From Rotaria sordida (Eukaryota), in assembly GCA_905250005.1 (NCBI GenBank), contig CAJNOH010000668.1:1-64000 (forward strand): DNA of 64,000 nucleotides, given 5' to 3'. How positions within the stretch are numbered: the first letter of the stretch is position 1; the number at the start of each line of letters is the position of its first letter. Positions 13,441 through 25,286 of the stretch are shown here, piece after piece. A program made the translations under genes and the position numbers. The notes below the pieces were generated by a model. It worked only from the letters and a program-made list of their open reading frames with translations, did not search any database and was not told where the DNA came from.

Positions 13441-14031
13441 ATGAAAGAAGTTCCAACATCCAACACATCTATATGTGATCTCCTTCTTCTCGATGTCTGT
13501 CCGCTTGGTTTCGGCATTGAAGATATTCATGGTCAAATGCATACACTTATTCGTCGCAATACAACAATCCCAACACGTACACAATTCTATTCAGTGTTCA
13601 CAAATGCTTATGCCTATCAAACAACAGCTACCATTCGTATATTTGAAGGTGAACATAATCTTACAAAATACAATGTATGTGATGTTCGAAATTCAACATT
13701 TTTTTTTTCGATAACTTTTTCTATTGTAGACACTCTTGGGCGAGTTTAGTCTTTCTGGTCTGACAACTAATTATGCTGCTCAGACACTCGAAATCTCTAT
13801 TCGCATGGATCTTGATGCTAATGGTATACTTCATGTTGATGCTGAAGAAGCACGTTCGGCTGCCAAAGCTTCCTTTAATTTCACACCTAATAATCAACAA
13901 AGTACAATAATTATATAACTGTTTGATATTGTAATTAAATCCTATTTATATTTATATAGGATTGACAGCAGATGATATTGCGCGACATATTACATATGTT
14001 AATAGTGACCCACGTTTTACAGCTAAATCGG
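13441..14031 (+). CDS. Hsp70 substrate-binding-domain (SBD)-like exons, at least 3. No Hsp70 ATPase/nucleotide-binding domain is detectable upstream.
   Basis: Translation LLLDVCPLGFGIEDIHGQMHTLIRRNTTIPTRTQFYSVFTNAYAYQTTATIRIFEGEHNLTKYN / TLGRVSLSGLTTNYAAQTLEISIRMDLDANGILHVDAEEARS / DRLTADDIARHITYVNSD parallels canonical Hsp70 [56 protein letters not shown]...[38 protein letters not shown]...GRLSKEEIERMV. Upstream exons (12780-13370) are low-complexity. Downstream exons to ~14970 were not assigned. Confidence 0.65.
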
Positions 14032-15198
14032 GTGAGTGTTGAAAGTGTAAATGATAGTTAATTATTATTATTATTATTTTGTAGTCTATAATCGCATACC
14101 AAATGATCCATTGTATATGGTTTGTATTATGACATATTTTTAGAGTTTGTTTGTTTACTTTTCTGATCTTTTGTTAGCTCGATGGTCAAACTGAATCTAT
14201 AATGCACAATTTTTCTGGTGAACCTATCACTTCACGTGGTAATTTATTCATTATTGTTATTGACAACAATAGTATTTGAATTTAGGTCAAACGACTAGTA
14301 TTCCACTTTTCAGTAAACTGAAAGATGTTCGATCTACTACAACCATGATTGAAGAACTTTTCAATCTTCAATCCAAAGTTGTATTATTTTGGAATTTCAT
14401 TAAACATTTATTGTTTTGTATTTAATTCGAATATAGGATGGTTCATTTACATTGAATAAAGAATTAGCTGATGTATTTCATATTGATTTTGATATTTTCC
14501 ATGGTCTTGAAAACTACTTACGTAAACAAGGTTTTAACTCATTGGGTAACGTTGAATGGTTTATTATTAACGTGTAGAAATATGAGGTCTTTGTTTTTTT
14601 AGCATTGAATATACGCAATGACATTCTTCGTTTGATCGGCACGGGCGTTATTCTTATTTGGCTTGTTCTTCAAACACAAGCATCACAACAGAATACATTT
14701 CAATTTTTATTTAACATCGAACAAATCAAAGTGAGCTGAATTTTTTTTTCGATCTTCTCATTTTCTAGATTCATTTTTTTATATCTTGAAGGTTCATCTT
14801 TGCAGCCATTTACCTGCTAATATGAGCGAACAAATAAACAAAGCGATCGAATTCTATCAACAAACAAATCAACGTAATGGTATATATTGCACGCAATTAG
14901 AATTAAGTGATTCATCATGGAACATGTTTATTCAACGTATACTTATTGGTATCGATCCCGTCGATAATTAAAAAATGACTCAGCAATGACTTGTCTGCTT
15001 TTTCAAATATTTTTTCTTTTTACACTTTTATTATCCTAACCATGAAACGTTTCGACAAAAAAAAAGAAAGTTCGAAGATATTCTTATACTACTCAATTTC
15101 ATGTAGTTGGAAGAATCTTACTTGAATTGTTTTGTCGTACGGGTAATGATTCATATCCTGTGACTGAGCTCGAAAATGTTTCTTACACATCGATGAGC

Positions 15199-15251
15199 GT
15201 GTGAGCGTGGGTGTGGGTATGATCTTTCATTCACTTACATCCACATCCACA
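15199..15251. repeat. Inverted telomeric-repeat pair: gtgtgagcgtgggtgtgggtat ... catccacatccacac.
   Basis: Read directly in the sequence. It lies ~350 bp upstream of the GC-rich SDR fragment. Confidence 0.85.
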
Positions 15252-15616
15252 CTGTAGCTGAACGTTGGAATAAGAATGAGAAGTAAAAATATTTCCACAA
15301 ATTGGTAAAACTCCCATGGATTTATTCAAATTTTCTTTCCTGAGCAACGTATGATTGGACTATCTGTATTTCGAAAAGTATTTTGCTATCTTGTGCAACG
15401 AATGAACATTGAAACCAGATTGCTCCTCCGTCAACAATGACAGCGCAGAAACACACAGCAACTTCAGGTGCTACTACAAGTGAGCACGCCATATTTTCTT
15501 CTCTCTTATCTGAGTTTTTTCCTTTCTGCTATCTAATCGACGGCATAGTGGGTGTGTCCACACAACGCAAGTAGTTGCATTTTTTTCTACGTGCGTGAAT
15601 AAAAAAAAGAAGAAAG

Positions 15617-15989
15617 ATGACTAGCAGCGGTGGCATCGGCTTTGCTATGGCACAAGCCGTGCTCATCAAGAAGCATGATCTTAGCCGCGCTGGAGGCTGC
15701 ATCATTCTGACCACCGGCGTGTCCATTGATCATTTGCCACCGGGGGTTAACCATGGATGCTGGTGTGGACGGGATCATCGTCGCACTCGTGCGCGCTCTC
15801 GCCGTGGATGTGACATCCAAGGTGCGGGTCTGCGGCGTCAGCTCCGGACCCGTGCTCACCAAACTGTGGGATAACGTCGTCCAGGAACAGACGGAGCGCC
15901 AGGCTCTCATAAACTACTATGAGACGAAGACGCTTACGGGGCGTGTGGCTAAGCCCGAAGAGACGGTCGAGGCTTATCTCACGACTTAA
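15617..15989 (+). pseudogene. GC-rich (~60% GC) fragment of a bacterial-type short-chain dehydrogenase/reductase (SDR). Truncated or internally deleted, with a frameshift near 15760.
   Basis: Frame 1: TSSGGIGFAMAQAVLIKKHDL...IILTTGVSIDHLPPGVNHG. This looks like the SDR Gly-rich TGxxxGIG region and the strand leading to the active site. Frame 2: GVDGIIVALVRALAVDVTSKVRVCGVSSGPVLTKLWDN...TKTLTGRVAKPEETVEAYL. This matches the SDR xAxKAGVxGLTRALAxDL...RVNxVSPGxVxT...GRxGxPEExAxAxxFL C-terminal half. The total is only ~124 aa against ~250 for an intact SDR. Base composition contrasts sharply with the ~30% GC flanks. Confidence 0.6.
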
Positions 15990-16899
15990 CATTTATGTAA
16001 TACGCTGATGTAGAATGAAATACTAATATTCATTTTCTTTTCTGGAAGAAAGAGTTTTTCAAACGTAAAGTGTTTGTGTGTCTATCTGTCCAACCAATCA
16101 GAAAGTAGTATTTTTCGGAAATGCAATAAGCTAAGCTTCCCAATGGAACGTATGCCATTCTATTTAACTCTGATATTTTGTAAGGATGTTTTTTTCTGAA
16201 TAACTTCGTTTAGCATAGACATATTTAAAAATATCAGCTTTTTCAGATATCGTTAGAATAAAATTAATTAATTAAGAAGTAATTAACGAATATCTTTCTA
16301 ATCATATGAGAAAAATTTCAAAAATTTTAGGATAGACTGTACGACACGACCTATATTTTACGGTGAAATTTCTAGCAAGATTGGACTCCAAAAATCTCCC
16401 TCATAAAACTGGCTCTCTAAGATTCCTATCAAGCTTTGAAAAAAAAAATTTTCGTCTTATGATAATGTGCAGACCCTGAAGGATTTGTACCATTTGAATT
16501 ACGCCGCAAACAAATGATTTTGTTTATATATGGGTATATAAACTCTTCACTCGTTGTTGCGTACATTCATTTCTTCATTCATTCTATTTGGTCATATAAA
16601 TTAGTGCTGCTCTTTATTTTTGTTTTTCAGGAATCGATCGAGGGGTGCAGAATCTGTCAGAGATTCCCTGGAACAGACAGAAAAGCATAGCAAATTTTCC
16701 CCAACCTGTAAAATGTATGAGCCAAGAGGAAAAACTGATTCATAGTGCTAGAAATTACTGTCAATTATCAGAAATCACTAATAATCACTGTAATGCGTTA
16801 AGGATACACAAAAATGACTTGACGTGGTTAGAAACTACTGGAGGCCATCTGAAATCATTGATAACTATTGAATATCACCAATAATAAGGTCAAAAAGTG

Positions 16900-17140
16900 A
16901 AACCTTGATTTCTAGTGGTTTTTCATGATTTCTTATAATTCTCCTTAATTTCTAAGGATTTTTAATAATTTCTAGTTAGTAAATATAAACTAATTTCCAC
17001 TCGTAGAATCATCAGAAATGATTACAAATCAAGAAATCAGTTTGTTCCTTCTTAATTTCTAGTGATTTCTATGACAAGAAATTAGTTTTTTCCTTTTGAT
17101 CGAAATCATTAGAAATCAGAAATCAGTTTTTTTCTCCCTT
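16900..17140. repeat. Low-complexity, minisatellite-like block built from aatttctag / gaaatcag words. The adjacent region 17400-17700 is rich in GAATTCGAA palindromes and short inverted repeats.
   Basis: Recurring aatttctag, tgatttctag, gaaatcagaaatcag read directly in the sequence. 17452-17520: gaattagaattag...ctaattctaattc inverted repeat. Confidence 0.6.
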
Positions 17141-18630
17141 GGAGTATTGTCTGTTTGTCGATACTATATCGAACTCTATTTCAAGCTTTCTTTTCCTTCT
17201 CCAATTTTCTCCGAGAGCTCAGTTTTTCTCGTGAATGTCGTTCCAGCCTACAGACAGATTCTCCACTCCTGAATGAATCTTATATTGAAATTGAATAATA
17301 CCAAAATAGTGTCTCCGTAAATAAAGATGAATGCACCATGAGTTGACTAATTCAAATTCGAATATAAATGAAGACTGAACAGTATAATTTGAATTCGAAA
17401 ATAACTGCAATCGTCATCTGAAGTGAGATGGATATTTCATTGTCAGTTCAGAATTAGAATTAGTTTTTTTCCACGCAAATTCGAGTTCACGTGGACAAAA
17501 ATTAATTCTAATTCTGCTCTTACAATGATGTATATACCGCGGTTCGAATTCAAATTGAAAGCATCTGAATCTTAATATGAAGCTGGTTCTGATTCTATTA
17601 CAGGCTGTGGTCTTACAGTTGTTCGAAAAATCTGAATTATATTCGAACTCGAATGAGACAACTACTCTGAATTTCCATGTCAATTGACTTGCATTATCAC
17701 GAGAATAGATTTAATAAAGACGACAAAGAACAACAAAAGCAAGTTGGACAAAGAAATTCATAAGATAATGTACGAATATTTATTATACAAAACTAGCTTC
17801 TTCTTGATTAACATCGACAAAATAAACGCGAACTTCGATACGATTCGTATCAATATCTAAAAAAGAAAAGTCAACCAAGCCATTCATTCGATAAGATTTC
17901 TCATCATTTATTGAAAATGTCATTCGATGCCAGATTCTACGATTATCTGAAGTAACAATCGCTTTATCATGTTTATAATGATTTGATGTGAACACATTCA
18001 CTAATCGATATTTTTGCATTGCATGTTCTAATTCAATTTGAAACAAGAGCTATTCAACGAACTATCATCTTCAGATTGATATCGAAATTGATTGATTTAC
18101 TTCAGTATGAGTATTGACATTCTATGGAAGATGAACACAGAATCGATAAACTTTTTTACAGTATAAAATTTGAACTCGATAAATTTGATTTAAGTCGAAT
18201 TTTTCCATTGGAATAACTTAAAAAAACTGAAATATTCCTTGATGAAATCAGATTCTTATCTGATACATTTCTGCATAGGCATATCGTTCCATCGATGAGA
18301 TTCAACAATACAAAAAATGTTTTATCACTTCGAAATAGTGTTTCTACAAATCAAACGATTAGATCAAAGAAATCGTTTTATTTGAGTTCACTAGTGATAA
18401 CAAAGAAATACTACATGTTTTACAGAAAAATCAAAATACATCTTTAGAAGAAAAGAAATGATTAATTAACCAATTAGATGATGAAAGAAACGTTACAATC
18501 GGTCTGTGATATTGTTCAAATTTCTTTCAAGTGTCGATTTCTGTTGTTAAAGTTGTTTTTAATAACCTTTGTATACTAGAGAAATCTGGTTGGTTGTATT
18601 CAAAGCAGTTTCTAGAACAATGGTTCTGAG

Positions 18631-19632
18631 CAGGGATGCCACCTCTTCCGCTTTTTGCGGAAAGTTTCCGCTTTTTCACCTTTTTTCCGCTATTTTTCCG
18701 CTGTTCCGCTTTTTTCCGCTTTTTGATATAAAAAGGTGATGTGTTTTCAAAATACGTACAGAGCAAAACTTATTATTGTCGAATAAAGTCTTACTGTTTA
18801 CGTATCCAGTTAATCATCACTCTTATTATGTCATTCATAAAATCAATGGACGAACACAAAGCTTTTCTATGTTAGAGGGATTGTGCACTAATTGTCTGTT
18901 TGAGAATTTAAAATATCATTCTGCTTCCAATTGATAGTTAACTCCTTTTCAACTTATTTTGCCTATTGTATGTACGCAAAATAATCTCGAATCCAAAAAT
19001 TTAAATGTTTTTTAATGATCTACAGATATTGAGATTACAAATTAAGATGAAACAGATCGTGAGAATTTAATAACAGCATCACCAATTCTGAAATCAAATG
19101 AAAATAAAAATGTTGAAGCCATACTAGGTAGTTATCAAAAGAGAAAAAAAGGCATGTTTAATCCACAATGGCTACTTAGTCCTCAGTTCGCATCATTTTT
19201 ACGAGAGTATAAACCAGATTCAGCTAAAGTTCTTTGTATTGCCTCTAATGAACATTTTTCAGTACAGGACGGTGGAAAAAATACCATTGATCGTCACATA
19301 AAGTTGAAAGACACAACAACAACATAAAATCATTTCGTATAAATCGACAATTGATAACATTAACTATCAAATCTAACAAGGAGGTTGAAAAAAAACAGCA
19401 GCTGAAGAAGGTACTTTCGTATACCATGGAGTGAAGCATAGTCATTCTTATTCATTTCAACAATATTTTATGTTTTGCAATTTTGTTAAAATAAAAGCAG
19501 AATGCTATAGATATGAAAAACACTCAAAATTCTCATAAATGCTAAAAATCCGCGACGAAATAAGTTTCCGCTTTTTTTCCGCTTTTCTAAGTTAATTTTC
19601 CGCTTTTTCGACTTCATGAGGTGGCATCCCTG
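18631..19632. mobile_element. Non-autonomous hAT-like DNA transposon (~1.0 kb). It has 15-bp terminal inverted repeats CAGGGATGCCACCTC, an 8-bp target-site duplication GTTCTGAG, and subterminal TTTCCGCTTTTT repeats at both ends. No transposase ORF.
   Basis: Left end 18623-18645: gttctgag|cagggatgccacctc. Right end 19618-19640: gaggtggcatccctg|gttctgag. The TIR begins CAGGGATG as in Ac/hAT elements, and an 8-bp TSD is the hAT hallmark. Multiple ttccgcttttt(t) subterminal repeats lie within ~90 bp of each end. The internal ORFs (79 and 66 aa) have no similarity I recognise. Confidence 0.65.
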
Positions 19633-21266
19633 GTTCTGAGAGATAGTTTCAAATGAAAAACTTCAAAAGTATTAGAAATTTGGAAGAAAGAGAATGATAT
19701 ACAAAATTGTTGGTCAGTTTTAGATCATATCATCACAAATTGTCATCGAATCTCTGTAGTATATTCTTGCTGCTATTTCTCAATCATTTCTGCAGTTTTT
19801 CAAGTGAATCGACCATGTATTATTGGATTATATCATGATTCAATATCTTTTATATTGAAATTATTATTGAATATCATTACTTTTGTAATCTCTTGGAAGA
19901 AAAAAATAAATCTCAACATGATCGAGTATAAAAACTGAAAACATAAAGAAGAATAAAGGGACAATTAATGATGAGAGTATTATAGTCTTTGATGTATTCA
20001 TGCATAATGCCTTGAAAATGTAAAACTATTCATAGAAGCCATATACGATCTTTTTTCTTTGTTACTATACCAATGAAGTCACCGTAAAATGAACAAATAC
20101 TGCGATTAAAATTTAACCTTTTCAAACGTATGTTTAGAAGAAAAAAAAAAGAGTCATTATAAATATAATCTCTCAATATTATTTTTATTAAAATAACGAA
20201 TGAAACATAGAAAGAATACTAATGAGCTTTATAGAAAGAAAATTTTCTAAAATGTAATGTGCAATGAGAATGGACTAAAAGTAAAATCAAGAATGACAGA
20301 AAAGCATTAATACTCTTCTTTTATTGAATTTAATAGTAATAATTTTTTGTTAAATAGATTATTAATATAAAATAAAAGAAGAGTACGTTTGATATAAAAT
20401 AACTGGGAACATTACTTCACATTTTGTTCATAAATTAAATATCAGTAAATAAAAATAATTAATATCTAATTAAATTAATGCGTAGTAATAAAAATTAAAA
20501 CTCGATCTTGTTAATGACTTTTTACTATATTGAATTCTTCAATTCGAAGAACACTTTCATTCTAGAGATGTCCATCGCGTTTGAGAATCTACTGTCGCAA
20601 TGACACTATGAAAATCTCTTCCGCATCGCGATGATTTCTGAAAAAAAATCTGTCGTTGACACGACGCCATCGTCACGGCTGCAGCTTCGTCATGGACATC
20701 TAACTTAACTATGTTGAACACGTATTTTTAAGTGAACAAGATACAACTATCAATATTATTATAATAAAAGGTGAACTGAAATTTATGTTTGTAGAAGGTT
20801 TACACATAATATATTTCATTTTTTTCAATGATTTCTTCTGTGACAAAAAGAAAGTTTTTTTTCATAAATTTGATATAATATTTTAAAATAAGGCTTTGTT
20901 CTTGCATTATAGTCATATCTAAAGTAAATAATCATAACGCAGTGCATGTTGTTGTTTGAATATAGTAAATAATGTTTCACAAGTGACGTCTTTATAATAA
21001 TGATGACGTACTAAGAAAAAAAAAACGTCAAAAATTCCAGATATATTAGTAATATTCTCTTATACTGTCTTACTATTATTTAGTCAATGACTATAATCGT
21101 TCAAGTACTAACTTTAACTGCATCATACTAATGCTGAATAAAAGAATTCTTATCATACAATGAAGAGAAATGTTAAAGAGATGTTATCTATGTAGAAATC
21201 AACAAAAAAAATATATTTATATATAACGAAGAGCATTCATACACGTCAAAGAAGAAACACAAAACA

Positions 21267-21990
21267 ATGGAAAGCAAACTCGAAAATGGTAATGCTTCAC
21301 TTATTCAAACATCCAGTAAAATTTTTGATTGTTGATTAAATAAATTCGAAAATGTTTTCTTTTTCAAGATTCTAAACGATCTGTCTTCGGAACATTAACA
21401 TTATGTTGTATAATCTTCTTATGTATTGTATTATTTCTCTGTGTTCTTACATTACCAATAATTCAAATCGTTATGGGAAGTTTATATATGCATTCATGTC
21501 CTATGAATCCTCATCTACCAATATATCTTATTTCTGCTGGTGTGGCTATATTAATTCTTATAATTACATACACTATAGAAGTAATATTCTTTTCAAATAT
21601 TTCATAAATTAACAAAAAAATCCCTAGCGAATTTGATCATTTTCAAAGAACGACAGAGGCTGAATTCTTAGTTTTTAGGTTCCTACAGACAAATCAAGAC
21701 TCTGGACTATTATAAAGATCGTCGTAGCAATCTTATGTCTTACTTGCTTTATAACTGTAAGTCAAAGTTCATTAGAAATTATCAAAAGTTGTTTCAAACA
21801 ATTGGTACCTTTCTCATTTTAGGGAAGTGTTTGGATTTTTCGTGACAAAGGAATAGTTCAATATCATAATCCAAAATATTCAAGTACATATTGTGAATAT
21901 TTACTATTCAGTACTGCCTATGGAACAATGTTCGTCAATTATAGTTTGTTTTTCGGTGCTGTATGTTATAGTTACAAATCTCCAAAATGA
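21267..21990 (+). CDS. Small (~180 aa) multi-pass transmembrane protein with 4 exons. Cys-rich TM helices. Family not recognised.
   Basis: Exons 21267-21288 (MESKLEN, donor gtaatg), 21369-~21584 (SKRSVFGTLTLCCIIFLCIVLFLCVLTLPIIQIVMGSLYMHSCPMNPHLPIYLISAGVAILILIITYTIE), ~21670-21758 (VPTDKSRLWTIIKIVVAILCLTCFIT, donor gtaagt), 21823-21990 (GSVWIFRDKGIVQYHNPKYSSTYCEYLLFSTAYGTMFVNYSLFFGAVCYSYKSPK*). Reading frames are phase-consistent across the first intron. Confidence 0.5.
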
Positions 21991-22262
21991 TAATTCATTA
22001 CACTATAACTTGTTCACTAATAATATGCAAATATTACCACATTGAACTAAAATAAAATCTTACAAAACTCTTTTTTATATTCAATTTGATAAAAAAGATG
22101 CTGATCCTTTTACTATAGAAGAATGCTAATGAGAAATAATGACAACATCAATATAAATATATATACGAAATTAATAAGTACAACTTGAAGATGAACTATT
22201 ATGTAGAAAGTTTATGGTTGTCCTTGATGATACAGAAAATTGGCACTATTGCAACGAACACG

Positions 22263-22315
22263 GATGTGGGTGTGGATGGCGCGAAGACTCAGAACCCCTA
22301 CCACACCCACACCCC
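22263..22315. repeat. Inverted telomeric-repeat pair: gatgtgggtgtggatgg ... cccctaccacacccacacccc.
   Basis: Read directly in the sequence. Confidence 0.85.
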
Positions 22316-24335
22316 AAACGGCAGCAAAATGTTTTTCGCTTCTTTCCTCTGCTCTGATAAATCTCCAACAATCGACGATAGTTTTCAAAAAAAAAATGTT
22401 CTAAAAAAAAAAGGAAGTCAGATTATTGACATAATTCAGCATATAACGATGATTTCATTGAGGAAAATCAAGCCCTATTATTTAGAAATTCAAAGTAAAA
22501 GTTTTTATAAAAACATCGTGTCATCCACTATTGCCTTCTGTAATAGAACATATATGTTTCTGCCTTTAATATAACTATCGATTCAAATAAAATATATCGA
22601 ACTTCATGTCATTGATATGAGTAGTGAATTCACTTTTCGATAACTGCTCATATTAAATGACAAAATCAATGCTGACGATATTGTTCATCTTATTTTATGA
22701 AATCAAAAAAAAAATTGTCACTCTCAGTTGATCTATATGTTTACTCTAAACATCAACAGTTTCGTTTATACAACTCCATTAAAAGTGACTTGAATGATCC
22801 AAATAATAAGTACAGTAGATTATGACTCGAACAATCGGAACTTCACTGTCATATCGGTATTCGACGTGATATTTCTAACATAAATATTCAGCTTCATTAT
22901 TGAATAAAATATTTTTTCTTAGATTTGTTATGCTCTTTTCAACCTTTCTGTTATCTCATATATTCATAAAATATTCAATACTTCTATCGTACCTTGAAAA
23001 TTTTTGAATTTTTATATTAGGTGCTATTTTCGTTAAATGCTATTTTTAAGAAAGCGCGAATATTAATTGATTTAATGATTAAATGTTTCATACAAAAAAT
23101 ATTTTCTTTTCATCGGCAGTTGTTGAATTCTTATTAAAACGATTTGTTTTATCTATATTCAATTTATGTAAATTATATGATTGTTTATTTCTGTTGAATT
23201 CATGATCACATTCTCAGTAAAAATATGTCTTTCGCCAGGTTGAGTAAAAAATACGACAACATAGATCCAAGCTCTATTGTAAACACGAGTGATAGATTAT
23301 TACCAATCTAAGAACAGCTTTTCATTTAAAAGTTAAATCTTAAAGATGACACACAAACTATACAATCATTATTTAAAATCTAGAATGAAAAATATCATTG
23401 TTAACAATCGAAGAAATTTTTATGCAAAATCCTAATGTTCGATATGAAAAACAAACTATGGAGTTGTAACTTAAAACTCAAAGTTCGTAGTTACATACCT
23501 ACCAAGTTTAGTAGAATTCTTTTACTTATATATTCTAACCTTGAACATGAAAAGAAACTATAAAGCTATGATTTTCATTTCAAAAATAATATCTTCCTAA
23601 TGTTAGAATAATTTTTTGCTTGCATATCATAACTTTAGAGAAGAAAAACAAACTGTGGATATGAAAATAAAAATATATCAAGTTTCACTCATATTTCTTA
23701 AAATTTTGTTTAGTGATCATGAATCTATTAGGAAAATAATCATATAGATTTATTTGTAAACAACTTATTTAAAAAGAAAAATAAATTAATATTTAAATAA
23801 AAAATATATTTACACATAGTTATTTATTCGTTTATGTAACTAAAAAGAAAAAGTATCTGAAATACGACTAAGCCGTCTATATCAATTAGAAATTATAATT
23901 ATAGGAAAACTTTAACTTTTGCCAGAATTATATGAAAGTGCCTGGACAAATTTTAATTTATAATTATGACAAAAGTTTATCTTTTATCTCTTTGCTACAA
24001 TTAGTCGCTGGCGTTATTATTTTTTTCCATTTATTTTTGAATTGATATTATGCAGTTAAAGGCTCATTTATATTCAAAGTCGAATTAGGCAACTCATGCT
24101 GAAATCACATTTAGCCGTTGTATGCAATGTATATGGCTCAGTAATTAAAAAGCCTTTTTTCAAAAGAAACTGACACACAAATGAGGAACTTGGAATTTGC
24201 TAGTCGTGCATACTAATGACATCCACATTCTTTCACAACGTCAAGAAATCAGTTAAGATAAATAAATGAACACGTAGAGAAAACTAACATACTACAAGAA
24301 CAAACGCATTTACAAGTCTTCATATCTCGAATAAA

Positions 24336-25286
24336 ATGGCATCATCTATTATTTCATCATTTGCTTTTGCTGAACAACAAATAACCATATATTTGGGCAT
24401 ATTCATTCTCTTCGGAGGTGTCCTTGGTGGACTTCTCAATATCACTGTTTTTCTGAGTCTCCAAACGTTTCGACAGAGTTCATGTGCATTTTATTTAACT
24501 GTGATGTCAGTTGTCAACATTGGTCAATTGATTACAGGTCTGCTCAGTCGTATAATGATCACTGGATTCGGCATTGACTGGACCCAAATGTCTCTGTTCT
24601 ACTGTAAAATTCGCTCGTACTGCATTATAACCTCTGCACTGATCTCCTTGAGTTGTTTTTGTTTGGCAACAATTGATCAATACTGGGCCACTTGCTCTTG
24701 TCTCCGATGGCAACGGTGGAGTAATATCAAGCTAGCTCGTCAACTGTCAGCAATCACTGTTCTCATTTGGATTCTTTTCAATATTCCATATTTCATTTAT
24801 TCCAACCATATTGTGTCAGCTACAACGGGCCGAGTGACTTGTCAGATTACAAATAATGTCTTTCAACAGTTCTCAACCTATGGAATAAATGTCACTTTTA
24901 CAAGAATTTTGCCTGTCAGTATATCATTCTTGTTAGGAGTGTTGGCCTATCGCAATGTGGAACAACTTGCTTATCGAACAGTGCCGATTGTTCGACGTGA
25001 GTTAGACAAACAATTGACAGTGATGGTTCTTGTGCAAGTTGTCGTTACTTTCTTTACAATTGTTCCATATAGCATTATAAATATTCTATTAACGATTTCT
25101 AACCTCACAACAGATCCGATCATTAGAGCGGAGCTTCAGTTCATATCTACTTTGTTCATGTGCATATTTTACATGAATTTTGCGGTAAGGATACGTATAT
25201 TATGGAGTCATCTGAAAAGTGAACTTGTGTTTAGAGTCCATTCTTCATTTATTTTTGTGTGTCAGATCGATTTCGTCGACAACTGA
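24336..25286 (+). CDS. Seven-transmembrane rhodopsin-like G-protein-coupled receptor. Essentially a single exon, with a possible short 3' intron at ~25186.
   Basis: 316-aa ORF with seven hydrophobic helices. TM1 is followed by GGLLNITVFLSL, TM3 ends ...LATIDQYWA (DRY-like position), and a basic third intracellular loop reads RNVEQLAYRTVPIVRRELDKQLTVM. The spacing matches class-A GPCRs. Confidence 0.65.
   Translation: MASSIISSFAFAEQQITIYLGIFILFGGVLGGLLNITVFLSLQTFRQSSCAFYLTVMSVVNIGQLITGLLSRIMITGFGIDWTQMSLFYCKIRSYCIITSALISLSCFCLATIDQYWATCSCLRWQRWSNIKLARQLSAITVLIWILFNIPYFIYSNHIVSATTGRVTCQITNNVFQQFSTYGINVTFTRILPVSISFLLGVLAYRNVEQLAYRTVPIVRRELDKQLTVMVLVQVVVTFFTIVPYSIINILLTISNLTTDPIIRAELQFISTLFMCIFYMNFAVRIRILWSHLKSELVFRVHSSFIFVCQIDFVDN

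Noticed and set aside
17530-17560. tRNA-like T-arm word ggttcgaattc.
   Set aside because: No acceptor stem, D-arm or anticodon-arm structure around it. It is part of the GAATTCGAA palindrome-rich region.
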